A DNA stretch of 64,000 bases from an uncultured beta proteobacterium (GTDB taxonomy: Bacteria; Pseudomonadota; Gammaproteobacteria; Burkholderiales; SHXO01), in NCBI GenBank assembly GCA_963772865.1, contig CAVYZA010000021.1, positions 24,332 to 88,331 of the forward strand. Direction: 5' to 3'. Position numbers and translations under genes: made by a program. A model generated the notes under the pieces. It did no database searches and had not been told where the DNA came from. It saw only the letters and a program-made list of their open reading frames with translations. Below are positions 23,101 through 33,746 of the stretch, piece by piece (the first letter of the stretch is position 1; each line of letters starts with the position of its first letter).

Positions 23101-25284
23101 CCGCTGATGTCGGTCCAGCTCGTCCCGCCGTCGGTCGAGCGCGCCCACTGGTAGCTCATCGCGCCCAGTCCGTCGGCGTCGGCCACGCTGCTGACGTCCG
23201 CCGTCAGAACGTGATCTTCGCTGGCCGTGCCCGACACGCTGACTTCACCTGCCGGCGCATCATTGACGTTGGCCACCATGGCGCTCGCCGCGCTGGTCAG
23301 GCTCTCGGCCGTGCCGTGTCCGTCGGTGTAGCTGACGTTCACGTGCACCTGGCTGCCCACGTCACTGTCGCCCAGCGTGTAGCTGTTACCGGTCGCGCCG
23401 CTGATGTCGGTCCAGCTCGCACCACCGTCGGTCGAGCGCGCCCACTGATAGCTCATCGCGCCCAGTCCGTCGGCGTCGGCTATGCTGCTGACGTCCGCCG
23501 TCAGAACGTGGTCTTCGCTGGCCGTGCCTGCAACGTCCACCGCGCCGGTGGGCGCGTCGTTGACGTTGGTCACGGTGAGATTGAATGTTTGACTGGCGGA
23601 GGCCGCAGCATCGGCCGCCGTGACCCTGATGCTGAGGGTTCCCACCTGGGCATCGTCAGGGGTACCGCTCAACTCGCCGGTCTCAGAGTTGAAGTGCAGC
23701 CAGGTCGGCAGCAGGCTGCCGTCGCCGAGGCTGGCGGAGTAGCTCAGGGCGTCGCCGTCCGGGTCGCTGAAGGCGCTCTGCGGCAGGAACACCGAACCGT
23801 TCGCGCCTTCCTGGAAGGTCACGTTTCCGAGCGTGGTGCCGGTCTCCGGCGCATGGTTGCCGCGCGCTCGGGGCGTCACTCTCGAACATGTTGCCGGAGG
23901 CCGCGTAGTTGGTCGCGTACTCGCCGCCGGCCGTTGCTACGGTGCCCGTGATCTCGCCGCTGCCCAGATCGAACAAAGGCACCGGGTTGTCCAGGGTGGC
24001 GCCGAACAAGGCCGCCTCATTCGCGTGCACCAGGCTCGCCAGGTCGAACACCCGCACATTCCCCGAGCTGTCGATGAACTGCACGTTGGAGACGGTCTGC
24101 TCCGGATTCTCAGTAAGGGTCCCGCTGTTGTCCAGGTCGCTGTACCACACCAGCAGCATCTGATCGGAGCTGCCCGGCATGAACAGCGTCAGCGTGCCGG
24201 TCCCGTCGATGTAGGCCATCACGTTCTGCGGCGCGATGCCGCCGCCGAAGGAGATGGTGTCCCTGTCGCCTGCCGTCACCCCCGGCATATTGTCCACGAA
24301 CAGCGTGCCGTCGCCGGCGTTGAACAGATACACGTCGTTCCCGGCTCCGCCCGATACGAAAGCGCCGTCCGGGCCGGCCGCGATCACGTCGTCGCCTGCA
24401 TCCCCGTAGATGATGTCCATGCCGGCGCCGCCGGACAGCACGTCGTTGCCGGCGTCGCCGTAGATGCCATCCATGCCGGCGCGACCGTCGATGCGATCGT
24501 CGCCGTCGCGGCCACGGATCTGGTCGTCGCCCAGACTGCCCACCATCGTTTCACCGTCCGCGGTGCCCGTATGGTCTCCGGACACGCCATCGCTGTCGAG
24601 GCCGAGAATCTCAGCCAGGGTAGCGGTGCTGACGCTGCCGTCGTCGTTCTGGAATTCGAACGTGATGTCCATGGGAGGCGGGGTTGGAGCGGCGCCCGCA
24701 GCCAAATCGGGCGGAAGCATGTTGAACACGATCCCCTGGTCCCCGCCCACGGCGACCACGAAGCTGGAGGGAACGCCGAACGAGGTGGTGTTCAGCGAAG
24801 TCTGGATGGTGATGTCCGAAGGGCTGATATTGGGACCAAACCGGATGAGGTTGGTGACCGGCGCATTGATCCAGGCGATCAAGTCGTTGAATGCGGCCTG
24901 GGCGCTGTCCCAATCCACTACACCCGGCACCCACCCGCCATCATCACCGAGCTTTCGCTGCAGGCCATTCAGCACCGTACTGATCTGGAACGGCAGGCGG
25001 CTGATCAGGCTGGAGTCGGCTTCGTTGAAATAGTCGTTGCTGTAGTCTCCGGACTGGCCCGGGCTTGCGCTGTCCAGCGCCTCTTGGGCGGCAATGAGAT
25101 AGCCGGCAAACTGATAGGTACGCGGTGCGGCGAACGTGACCGTGTCCACCCCATCGCCGAGCTCGTAAACGATGACGTTCTTGCCGTTGGCGCCGTCGTA
25201 CAAGTCGTCGCCCGGACCGCTCTCGTAAATGTTGACGTCGTCGCCCGTGTCCAGCCCTTCGCCCGTCAGATGTTCAGTTGCCAT
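20128..25284 (-). CDS. Large RTX / Ca2+-binding T1SS-secreted adhesin-like protein with cadherin/Ig-like repeats (~1700 aa); frameshifts at ~23875, ~22165, ~20945
   Basis: GGxGxDxL nonamer blocks, two He_PIG/CADG-like domains (LPxWLxFN...LSGTP), six ~99-aa NDAP repeats, RTX-type C-terminus. Stitched from four ORFs; GGAGG RBS precedes the ATG at 25284. Confidence 0.9.
21790..23570 (-). repeat. Six tandem ~297-bp intragenic repeats (Ig/cadherin-like modules)
   Basis: NVNDAP-coding motif recurs at ~21780, 22075, 22372, 22667, 22963, 23262 and 23558; unit reads TLTA..IADADGLGAxSYQWARSTDGG..W...YxLGDxDVG..VxVSYTDGHGT. Confidence 0.9.
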
Positions 25285-25453
25285 GATGTGCCTCCAGCTT
25301 CAGCCTTTTGAATTCGTTATGCGTCGGCGCTGCCATCCCCGTCTGCCGCGCCGACACGCGCTCTGCTTCGAACTACGGCTGGCGCACGAAGTCCGGCTCC
25401 CTTGACCGGGCTACTGCCTCGCGCCCCAACCTGTTGTTTCCTGCCGACAGTGG

Positions 25454-25469
25454 CGCAAGGCCTATGCCA
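25454..25469 (-). promoter_or_regulatory. Sigma54 (-24/-12) promoter for the RTX gene
   Basis: Minus strand TGGCATAGGCCTTGCG, an exact GG-N10-GC, ~170 bp upstream of the ATG. Confidence 0.75.
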
Positions 25470-25788
25470 CTAACTGATTGAGTCTGTGAAGCAATGTGAA
25501 GATTCGGGAGGGTGTGACGATGCTGCAAACGCGCTATGACAGAGCTTAAAGCACACGTTGACAGTGCTTCAAACTCACCCCACCGGACCGTTTCAACAGC
25601 GTGTACCTGCGCTCCAACCTTGCAGGCACCTGTTTGGTAGAAGGTCAAATCGTCGTCCCAAACCGACCGCCGCCGGCAAAGGTGCCGTGAATGGGCATCG
25701 GTACGGGTCCGGCATCGGTCGATCTGTCAGAGATTTTGAACTACAAAACAAGGTACTCAGGCCGGCGAGTTCGCCGGAAGCCAGTCGG

Positions 25789-28056
25789 TCAGGAGGCAGC
25801 GGGCGGTGGTACGTCGCCGCCCGCGCTGACACGCGCGGCGGGGGCGAGCTGGCGAGAGGGGCCGATCGTGCCGGGCTCGGCGAGCGGCCGACCCTGGTCG
25901 CCGAGCCGGACGATGGCGTCTACCGCCAGTCCGCGCGGGACGTGGTGGGTGATAAAGAGGATGGTGGTGGAGCCTTTCAGCTGGTTGATGGTGCGCGCGA
26001 AGTGCTCACTGGTCTCGACGTCAAGGTTGCTGGTGGCCTCGTCGAAGATCAGGACCGACGGCCGTTTGAGCAGCGCGCGCGCGATGGCGAGGCGCTGCTT
26101 CTGTCCGCCGGACAGCCCCACGCCGTGCTCGCCCAGCATGGTCTGATAGCCCTGCGGGAGTCGCTCGATAACGTCATGGATCTCGGCTTTGCGGCAGGCG
26201 TCCATCACATCCTGAAAACTGGCGTGCGGATTGGCCATGACCAGATTGTCATAGATTGTCCCGGAGAACAGCACGGTCTCCTGCGGCACCACGCCGAAAC
26301 ACGAGCGCAGCTCGTTGGCCGAGAGATTGCGCAGGTCGCGCCCATCGATCAGGATCTGACCCTCGGTGGGTGGGTAGAAGCCGAGCAGCAGCTTGGACAG
26401 CGTGCTCTTGCCGGAGCCCGAAGCCCCCATCAAGGCCGTGAGCTGGCCGCCGCGCAGGGTGATGTTGAAGTCGCGGTAGACGAACGGATGCTGGTCGCTG
26501 TAACGGAAGCTCACCCCGACCATGTCGATGCGCCCGGCGTTGCGCTGGCTGCGCGCCGGCACGACGGCGTAGGGCTCGGTGGGGATGTTCATCATGTCGC
26601 CGAGGCGCTTGACCGCCACCGAGGCCTGCTGGAACTCCTGCCACAGCCCGACCAGCCGCAGCATCGGCTGGGACATGCGGCTCGCGAACATCTGGAACGC
26701 GACCAGCATGCCGATGGTAAAGCCGTCGTTGCCCATGACCAGCAGCGCGCCGACCACCAGGATCGCCAACGTCATGGTCTGCTCGATGCCGTTGGCGATG
26801 ACGTTCACGGTGTTGGACAGCTGTCGCGCGCCGAAGCCGGCCTTCAGGTAGCTCGCCAGGTAGTCGCCGTAGCGCCGCTCGAGCGTGGGCTCCATCTGCA
26901 TGCTCTTCACGGTCGACATGCCGGCCACGTACTCGGTGACGAAGGCCTGGTTGCGCGCGCCGAGCAGGAACTGAATGTTCAGGCGCTTGCGGAATATCGG
27001 TGTCGCCGCCATGCTGAGCAGCGATATGAACAGCAGTCCGGTCAGCGCGACCAGCGTGAGCTGCCAGCTGTACCAGAACATCACCGCCAGGAAGATGACC
27101 AGGAACGGCAGGTCCAGGATCAGGGATACCGCCGCGCCGGAGAGAAAATCGCGGATCGTCTCCACCCCGTGCAGGCGCGAGACGATCACGCCGGTCGGGC
27201 GCTGCTCGAAGTAGCGCACCGGCAGCCGCAGCATATGGGAGAACACGTGCGTACCCAGCACCGCGTCGATGCGGTTGCCGGTGTGGATGACCAGATATTG
27301 GCGCACCCAGGTCATCGCGGCCGAGAACATCATGAACATCGCAAGTGCGAAGCCCACCACCATCAAGGTGCTGCGGGTCTGGTGGACGATGACCTTGTCG
27401 ATGATCGCCTGGGTGAACAGCGGCGTGGCGAGTGCCATCAACTGGATAGTGAGTGAAGCGAGCAGGACATCGCGCCACACTCTGCGGTGCTTGAGCAATT
27501 CCGGCACGAACCAGCCGAAGCCGAAGCCGCGTTCCTGCACCTCCGGCTTGTCCTCCGCAGCACCCGGCTCGTTGGCCGCCTGCGGCGCGCGTCCCACGGG
27601 CAACACCATGCCGTCGAACAGCGCGGCGAACTCGGTCACCGAGGCCGTTTCGCCGCTCTCCGATCCGGCTCTGAAATAGAGGAAGCGCGTGCCGTCGCTT
27701 TTCAAGATCAGCGCCGGTAAGGCTGGTCCTGGCGCGTCGTCTGCATCGTTGGCGGCCTGCCCAGGCAGCGGCGCCTTCACCAGCGCAATACTCGGCAACG
27801 AGACCTGCGCGAACTCGGTCACCGGCCGCCATTCGCCGACCTGCAGGCCCAGCGCTTCGGCGGCTTCGCCCAAGGTCGCGAGACTATACGGCGGCGCATA
27901 GCGCTGCAGAATCAGCTTCGCGTCGAACGGGATGCGATACAGCTGACACAAGCTGCCCAGCACCCACAGCATCGGCGCAGGCTCGATCGCCTGAGCCAGC
28001 ACTGTGGTGTCATTGGCGCGCGGCGCCACGGGTTTGCGCTTGAACAGAGAAGGCAC
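25789..28056 (-). CDS. hlyB: HlyB-family type I secretion ABC transporter with C39-like N-terminal domain
   Basis: FGFGWFVPELLKHR, ATPLFTQAIIDKV, GASGSGKS, VPQE, LSGGQKQR, DEATS. Start uncertain: GTG 28056 preferred over TTG 28089 because of the promoter position. Confidence 0.92.
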   Translation of the reverse strand: MPSLFKRKPVAPRANDTTVLAQAIEPAPMLWVLGSLCQLYRIPFDAKLILQRYAPPYSLATLGEAAEALGLQVGEWRPVTEFAQVSLPSIALVKAPLPGQAANDADDAPGPALPALILKSDGTRFLYFRAGSESGETASVTEFAALFDGMVLPVGRAPQAANEPGAAEDKPEVQERGFGFGWFVPELLKHRRVWRDVLLASLTIQLMALATPLFTQAIIDKVIVHQTRSTLMVVGFALAMFMMFSAAMTWVRQYLVIHTGNRIDAVLGTHVFSHMLRLPVRYFEQRPTGVIVSRLHGVETIRDFLSGAAVSLILDLPFLVIFLAVMFWYSWQLTLVALTGLLFISLLSMAATPIFRKRLNIQFLLGARNQAFVTEYVAGMSTVKSMQMEPTLERRYGDYLASYLKAGFGARQLSNTVNVIANGIEQTMTLAILVVGALLVMGNDGFTIGMLVAFQMFASRMSQPMLRLVGLWQEFQQASVAVKRLGDMMNIPTEPYAVVPARSQRNAGRIDMVGVSFRYSDQHPFVYRDFNITLRGGQLTALMGASGSGKSTLSKLLLGFYPPTEGQILIDGRDLRNLSANELRSCFGVVPQETVLFSGTIYDNLVMANPHASFQDVMDACRKAEIHDVIERLPQGYQTMLGEHGVGLSGGQKQRLAIARALLKRPSVLIFDEATSNLDVETSEHFARTINQLKGSTTILFITHHVPRGLAVDAIVRLGDQGRPLAEPGTIGPSRQLAPAARVSAGGDVPPPAAS

Positions 28057-28095
28057 CCTCAGGTCTCGGAAAGGTGATAACCGAGTCAACCCGGC

Positions 28096-28111
28096 AGCAA
28101 AGCCTATGCCA
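28096..28111 (-). promoter_or_regulatory. Sigma54 (-24/-12) promoter for the hlyB-like gene
   Basis: Minus strand TGGCATAGGCTTTGCT, GG-N10-GC, with an AT-rich tract immediately upstream. Confidence 0.78.
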
Positions 28112-28349
28112 TCGATTTCTCAAAGAAATTTGAATTCGAATTCACACCTGCGCGCAGCAGCACGCACACCGGGCACAAGAAAGAATTGGCGAGAGCGCAG
28201 GCGATGCGGCCCCGAAAGCGCTGCGCGATCGGCATGACGTTGCCGGGCGCGCGCGGCCGGATGGCGTGTTCCGTTGTCCGGAGTTTCTTCGAGGACGTTC
28301 TTTGCGTCCTTCGCGTTGTGACGCCGCGCGTTGAAAAGCTGCGTTTACT

Positions 28350-29099
28350 CTACTCGCGTGCGAGCAAAGCGGAAAGTGCGGCGTGATCGGAGATGCGTGC
28401 CCAGTCCTGACCGCGATGCACGTGTGCAAGCTTCACGCGGAAGCCGCGCACGTAGATGCGGTCCAGGTGCAGCACTGGCAGGACTGCGGGGAAGCTGCGC
28501 GCCGGACCGTGCCCGTAGGTCTCGAACACCTCGAGGACATCGAGCGAGCGAATCAGGTAGCGGCTCGCACGGCGAGTCCAGTCGTTGAAGTCGCCGGCGA
28601 TGATCACGGGCGCGTCGTGCGGCACCAGGCGCTCGATGCGGGCGATCAGCGCGTCGAGCTGCTTCTGCCGCCAGACCTTGAGCAGGCCCAGGTGCACGTT
28701 GATGGTGTGCAGCGGCTGCGACCAGCCCGGGATGTCCACCTCGCAATGCAGGAGACCGCGCCGCTCCAGCCGGTGCATGGACACGTCCTCGTTATCCCAA
28801 CGCACGATCGGGAACTTCGACAAGATCGCGTTGCCGTGATGGGCGTCGTCGACCACCGCGTTGCGGCCATACGCGAAGTCATGCCACACGGAGTCGGCGA
28901 GATACTCGTACTGCGGCGTCGTCGGCCAGTCGCGGTGGCGCTCGGCGAAGCGGGCGTGGAATCCGACGACTTCCTGGAGGAACACCAGGTCCGGCTCGAC
29001 CGACTGCAGGCGCTCGCGCAGGTCGTGCAGCGAAACACGCCGATTGAACTGCCGGAAGCCCTTGTGGATGTTGTAGGTGAGGACGTGAAGCGTGTCCAT
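28350..29099 (-). CDS. Endonuclease/exonuclease/phosphatase family protein (YbhP-like)
   Basis: LTYNIHKG, FLQEV, HGNAILS, AGDFNDW, LDRIY, SDH. Confidence 0.88.
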   Translation of the reverse strand: MDTLHVLTYNIHKGFRQFNRRVSLHDLRERLQSVEPDLVFLQEVVGFHARFAERHRDWPTTPQYEYLADSVWHDFAYGRNAVVDDAHHGNAILSKFPIVRWDNEDVSMHRLERRGLLHCEVDIPGWSQPLHTINVHLGLLKVWRQKQLDALIARIERLVPHDAPVIIAGDFNDWTRRASRYLIRSLDVLEVFETYGHGPARSFPAVLPVLHLDRIYVRGFRVKLAHVHRGQDWARISDHAALSALLARE

Positions 29100-29102
29100 T
29101 TG

Positions 29103-29219
29103 AGGGGCTAGGGGCTCTTAGGGGCTAGGGACTAGGGGTTAGGGACTAGAGGTGGTATCGAGCGGCGAGTGCCGCTGCGACAACACCCCCTAGCCCCTAG
29201 TCCCTAGCCCCTAGCCCCT
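29103..29219. repeat. Inverted heptamer arrays (AGGGGCT)n ... (AGCCCCT)n
   Basis: About six AGGG(G/A)(C/T)T units at 29103-29150 and about four complementary units at 29186-29219, around a small AGCGGC-GAGT-GCCGCT hairpin. Confidence 0.9.
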
Positions 29220-29650
29220 GGCGGCGCCAGCCGCCGTATCGCCTGCGCATTGCTCCAAGAGAAGCAACGCCCGGCGGCTTCCTCCCAGGGCAGCCACACG
29301 AAGTGCAAATGCTCGCGCGGGGCGAGGCGCACGTCCTGCGACTGCGGCAGCACCAGCCCGAAAACGTGCTCGGTGTTGCGCGTCACCCCCGGTGCATAGC
29401 GCCAGCGCCATTCCGGATAGATCTCGTACTCGTTCTGCAGCTGCCAGTCGCGCAACTCGTAGCGGCGCGCATCGAGCCCGGTCTCTTCTCCCACCTCGCG
29501 TACTGCGGTTTGCTCCAGCGTCTCTCCTTCGTCCTGGCTTCCCGTCACCGACTGCCAGAAGCCTGGGTGATCGGCCCGCTCGAGCAGCAGGACCTGGAGG
29601 TCGGGCGTGTGCACGACCACCAGCACCGATCTCGGGATCTTGTACTTCAA
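29204..29650 (-). CDS. nudB: Dihydroneopterin triphosphate diphosphatase (Nudix)
   Basis: YKIPRSVLVV, FWQSVTGS, Nudix box AVREVGEETG, WRYAPGVTRNTEHVF, FSWSN. Position downstream of aspS is typical; probable TTG start at 29650. Confidence 0.92.
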   Translation of the reverse strand: MKYKIPRSVLVVVHTPDLQVLLLERADHPGFWQSVTGSQDEGETLEQTAVREVGEETGLDARRYELRDWQLQNEYEIYPEWRWRYAPGVTRNTEHVFGLVLPQSQDVRLAPREHLHFVWLPWEEAAGRCFSWSNAQAIRRLAPPGARG

Positions 29651-29656
29651 GACTGG

Positions 29657-29880
29657 AACCGCAGAGGCGCAGAGGCGCAGAGGACCCGCAGAGGAAACCT
29701 CATGACGAGCCCCTCGTGCGTACGCGATAGCAGCAGAGCAAGCCGTGCCACGCGCCAAAAAGGAATGTGCTCGGCGACCCGTATGTGCCTGTGGCCATCC
29801 CCTGCCCGAGCAGCAGCGTCTCCATCCGAATCCATCACGCCTTTCCTCTGCGGGTCCTCTGCGTCTCCGCGCCTCTGCGG

Positions 29881-29882
<2 letters not shown>
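29657..29882. repeat. 41-bp inverted repeat pair built from CGCAGAGG-like units, between aspS and nudB
   Basis: 29657-29697 AACCGCAGAGGCGCAGAGGCGCAGAGGACCCGCAGAGGAAA versus the reverse complement of 29842-29882 (2 mismatches). Confidence 0.9.
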
Positions 29883-31663
<1,781 letters not shown>

Positions 31664-31723
31664 GAAGCGAAGGAAGCCGAGTCGAAGGGGAGAAGGAGAC
31701 GCAGGCGGCGCCGGGACGCCGGT

Positions 31724-32353
31724 CTACACACGGTGCGCAGGCTCCGCGACGGCGGGCGACGACGGGCGCCGCGGCGCAGTGGGAGCCGCCACGCCCATGG
31801 AGATCACGTACTTGAGGGCCTCGTCGACAGTCATGTCCAGCTCGATGACCTCGGAGCGCGGCATCATCAGAAAGAAGCCGGAGGTCGGATTCGGCGTGGT
31901 CGGTACATACACGCTGACATAGTCCCCGTGCAGGTGGTTCGCGACGTCACCGCCGGGGGTGCCGGTCTGAAAGGCGATCGTCCAAGAGCCGTTGCGCGGA
32001 TACTGCACCAGCAGCGCCTTGCGGAAGGCCTGCCCGCTGCTCGAGAACAGCGTGTCGGACACCTGCTTGACGCTGACGTAGATCGACTTGAAGAACGGGA
32101 TGCGAGCCAGCGTCGCATCCCACACTGCGACCAAGCGCTGGCCGATGATGTTGGCGGTGAGCAGGCCGGTCAGGAACACCACCGCGACGGCGAGAACCAC
32201 GCCCAGCCCGGGCACATCGATCCCCAGCCAGCCGCGCGGTTCCAGCACGGCCGGCAGCAGGCTGTCGAGGGTGGTCACGACCAGGTTGATCACCCAGAGC
32301 GTGATCCCGAAGGGGATCCAGATCAGGAGCCCCGTGATGAAGTATTTCTTCAC
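31724..32353 (-). CDS. DUF502 domain membrane protein
   Basis: KKYFITGLL, IYVSVKQVS, YVPTTPNPTSGF; usual neighbour of aspS. Confidence 0.9.
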   Translation of the reverse strand: MKKYFITGLLIWIPFGITLWVINLVVTTLDSLLPAVLEPRGWLGIDVPGLGVVLAVAVVFLTGLLTANIIGQRLVAVWDATLARIPFFKSIYVSVKQVSDTLFSSSGQAFRKALLVQYPRNGSWTIAFQTGTPGGDVANHLHGDYVSVYVPTTPNPTSGFFLMMPRSEVIELDMTVDEALKYVISMGVAAPTAPRRPSSPAVAEPAHRV

Positions 32354-32362
32354 CGAGTGCGG

Positions 32363-32768
32363 TCAAGGCCTATTGGCAGGCCGGAGCCGCGGACTTTTGG
32401 CGGCGGAAGACCCGGACTTGTCACTGGACGACCCCGACTTGTCGCCGGACGACCCGGATTTGTCACCGGACGACCCGGATTTGTCACCAGACGACCCCGA
32501 TTTCTCACCAGACGACTCGGTTGCCCCGGACTTGCCCGTACTTCTCCCCGTCCTTCTTCTCCCCGACGTCCTTCTTGGCAGCGCCGTTGTTCTTGAAGTC
32601 GGTGACGTACCAGCCCGAGCCCTTCAGCTGGAAGCCGGCGGCGGACACGAGCTTGCCCATCTCCGCCTTGCCGCAGCTGGGGCAATCGGTGATGGGTGCA
32701 TCGCTCAGCTTCTGGAGATACTCTTTCTCAAATCCGCAGCTGCGGCAGCGGTATTCGTAGATCGGCAT
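32363..32768 (-). CDS. FmdB-family zinc-ribbon protein with Ser/Gly/Lys repeat tail; probable frameshift near 32540-32570
   Basis: MPIYEYRCRSCG...CPSCG...FQLKGSGWYVTDF; the tail is read in a shifted frame and the end is approximate. Confidence 0.85.
32409..32513 (-). repeat. Five tandem 21-bp units encoding SSGDKSG-like heptapeptides
   Basis: GACCCSGAYTTSTCRCYRGAC units start at 32409, 32430, 32451, 32472 and 32493. Confidence 0.9.
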
Positions 32769-32869
32769 CTTTACCTCGTGAATTCGCAGAAAAAATCCAG
32801 TCGATTATACCGGCATCCGGCCTGCTTCCCTGATATGGGCGACGCCGCGCAAATCCAAGGGGGGACAGC

Positions 32870-33633
32870 GTGAGCGCCCGTCAGACCGGATCGTGGGTCT
32901 TCCCCCGCTTGCTGGCCCACCGCGGCGGCGGCGCGCTCGCCCCCGAGAACACGCTGGCCGGTTTGCGGCTGGCCGACTCGGCTCGGATACGCCGGAACCG
33001 AGTTCGACGTGAAGCTCAGTGCAGAGGGTGTGCCCGTTCTCATGCATGACGAGACCCTGGACCGCACCACCTCGGGGCGCGGCGCGGTGGCGGCCACCGG
33101 CATCGCCGAATTGCTCGCCCTCGACGCCGGCAGCTGGTTCGGTCGCGCTTTCGCGGGTGAGCGTGTACCCACATATGAATCCGCCGCCGGGACCTGCCGG
33201 GCGCTCGACCTGTGGGCAAACGTCGAGATCAAGCCGTGCCGTGGCCGCGAATCCGAGACCGGACACGCCGTCGCTCGAGAATCGGCGCGCCTGTGGGCCG
33301 GATACGGCCACCCGCCGTTGCTTTCGTCGTTCTCGGTCGAAGCGCTGGCCGCGGCCCAGGCCACCGCCCCGGCGCTTCCGCGCGGGCTCTTGGTCGAGGA
33401 TCCGCCGGACGACTGGCGCGGCGCGCTCGCCGACCTCGGCTGTGTCGCACTGCACGTGCTGCATACCGGCGTCACGCCTGAGCTGGCTGGCGGAAGTGCA
33501 CGCGGCCGGCTACGGGCTGCTGTGCTACACCGTGAACGACCCCGCCCGCGCTCAGCTGCTCTATTCGTGGGGGGTCGATTGCATCGTCACCGATCGCCTG
33601 GACCTGTTCGACCCGGCAGCAGATCTGCCCTGA
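32870..33633 (+). CDS. ugpQ: Glycerophosphodiester phosphodiesterase; frameshifts at ~32980 and ~33490
   Basis: LAHRGGGALAPENTL, EFDVKLS, MHDETLDRT, NVEIK, YTVND, IVTDR. Confidence 0.85.
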
Positions 33634-33746
33634 GTTTGCCGCCAGAGCGCAAAGCCGAAGGCGTGGCGGCTTTCGACTCGTTCGGCCGTTCGATTCGTGC
33701 CCCTGGCGCCTTGACGGCACATTCCGAGGCAAGCCGGGCTAGTTAG

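Noticed and set aside
21790-23570. ~300-bp repeats as a mobile element or DGR template/variable pair
   Set aside because: They are in-frame protein modules of the RTX gene; no reverse transcriptase and no evident adenine-specific variation.
25290-25788. c-di-GMP riboswitch upstream of the adhesin gene
   Set aside because: No GEMM-type core recognisable by eye on either strand; a covariance-model search would be needed to exclude it fully.
29737-29750. TGGCACGGCTTGCT (minus strand) as a sigma54 promoter for nudB
   Set aside because: GG-to-GC spacing is 8 rather than the required 10.
32409-32513. Regular 21-bp repeats as a CRISPR array
   Set aside because: The units are contiguous with no unique spacers, vary at codon third positions, and no cas genes are present.
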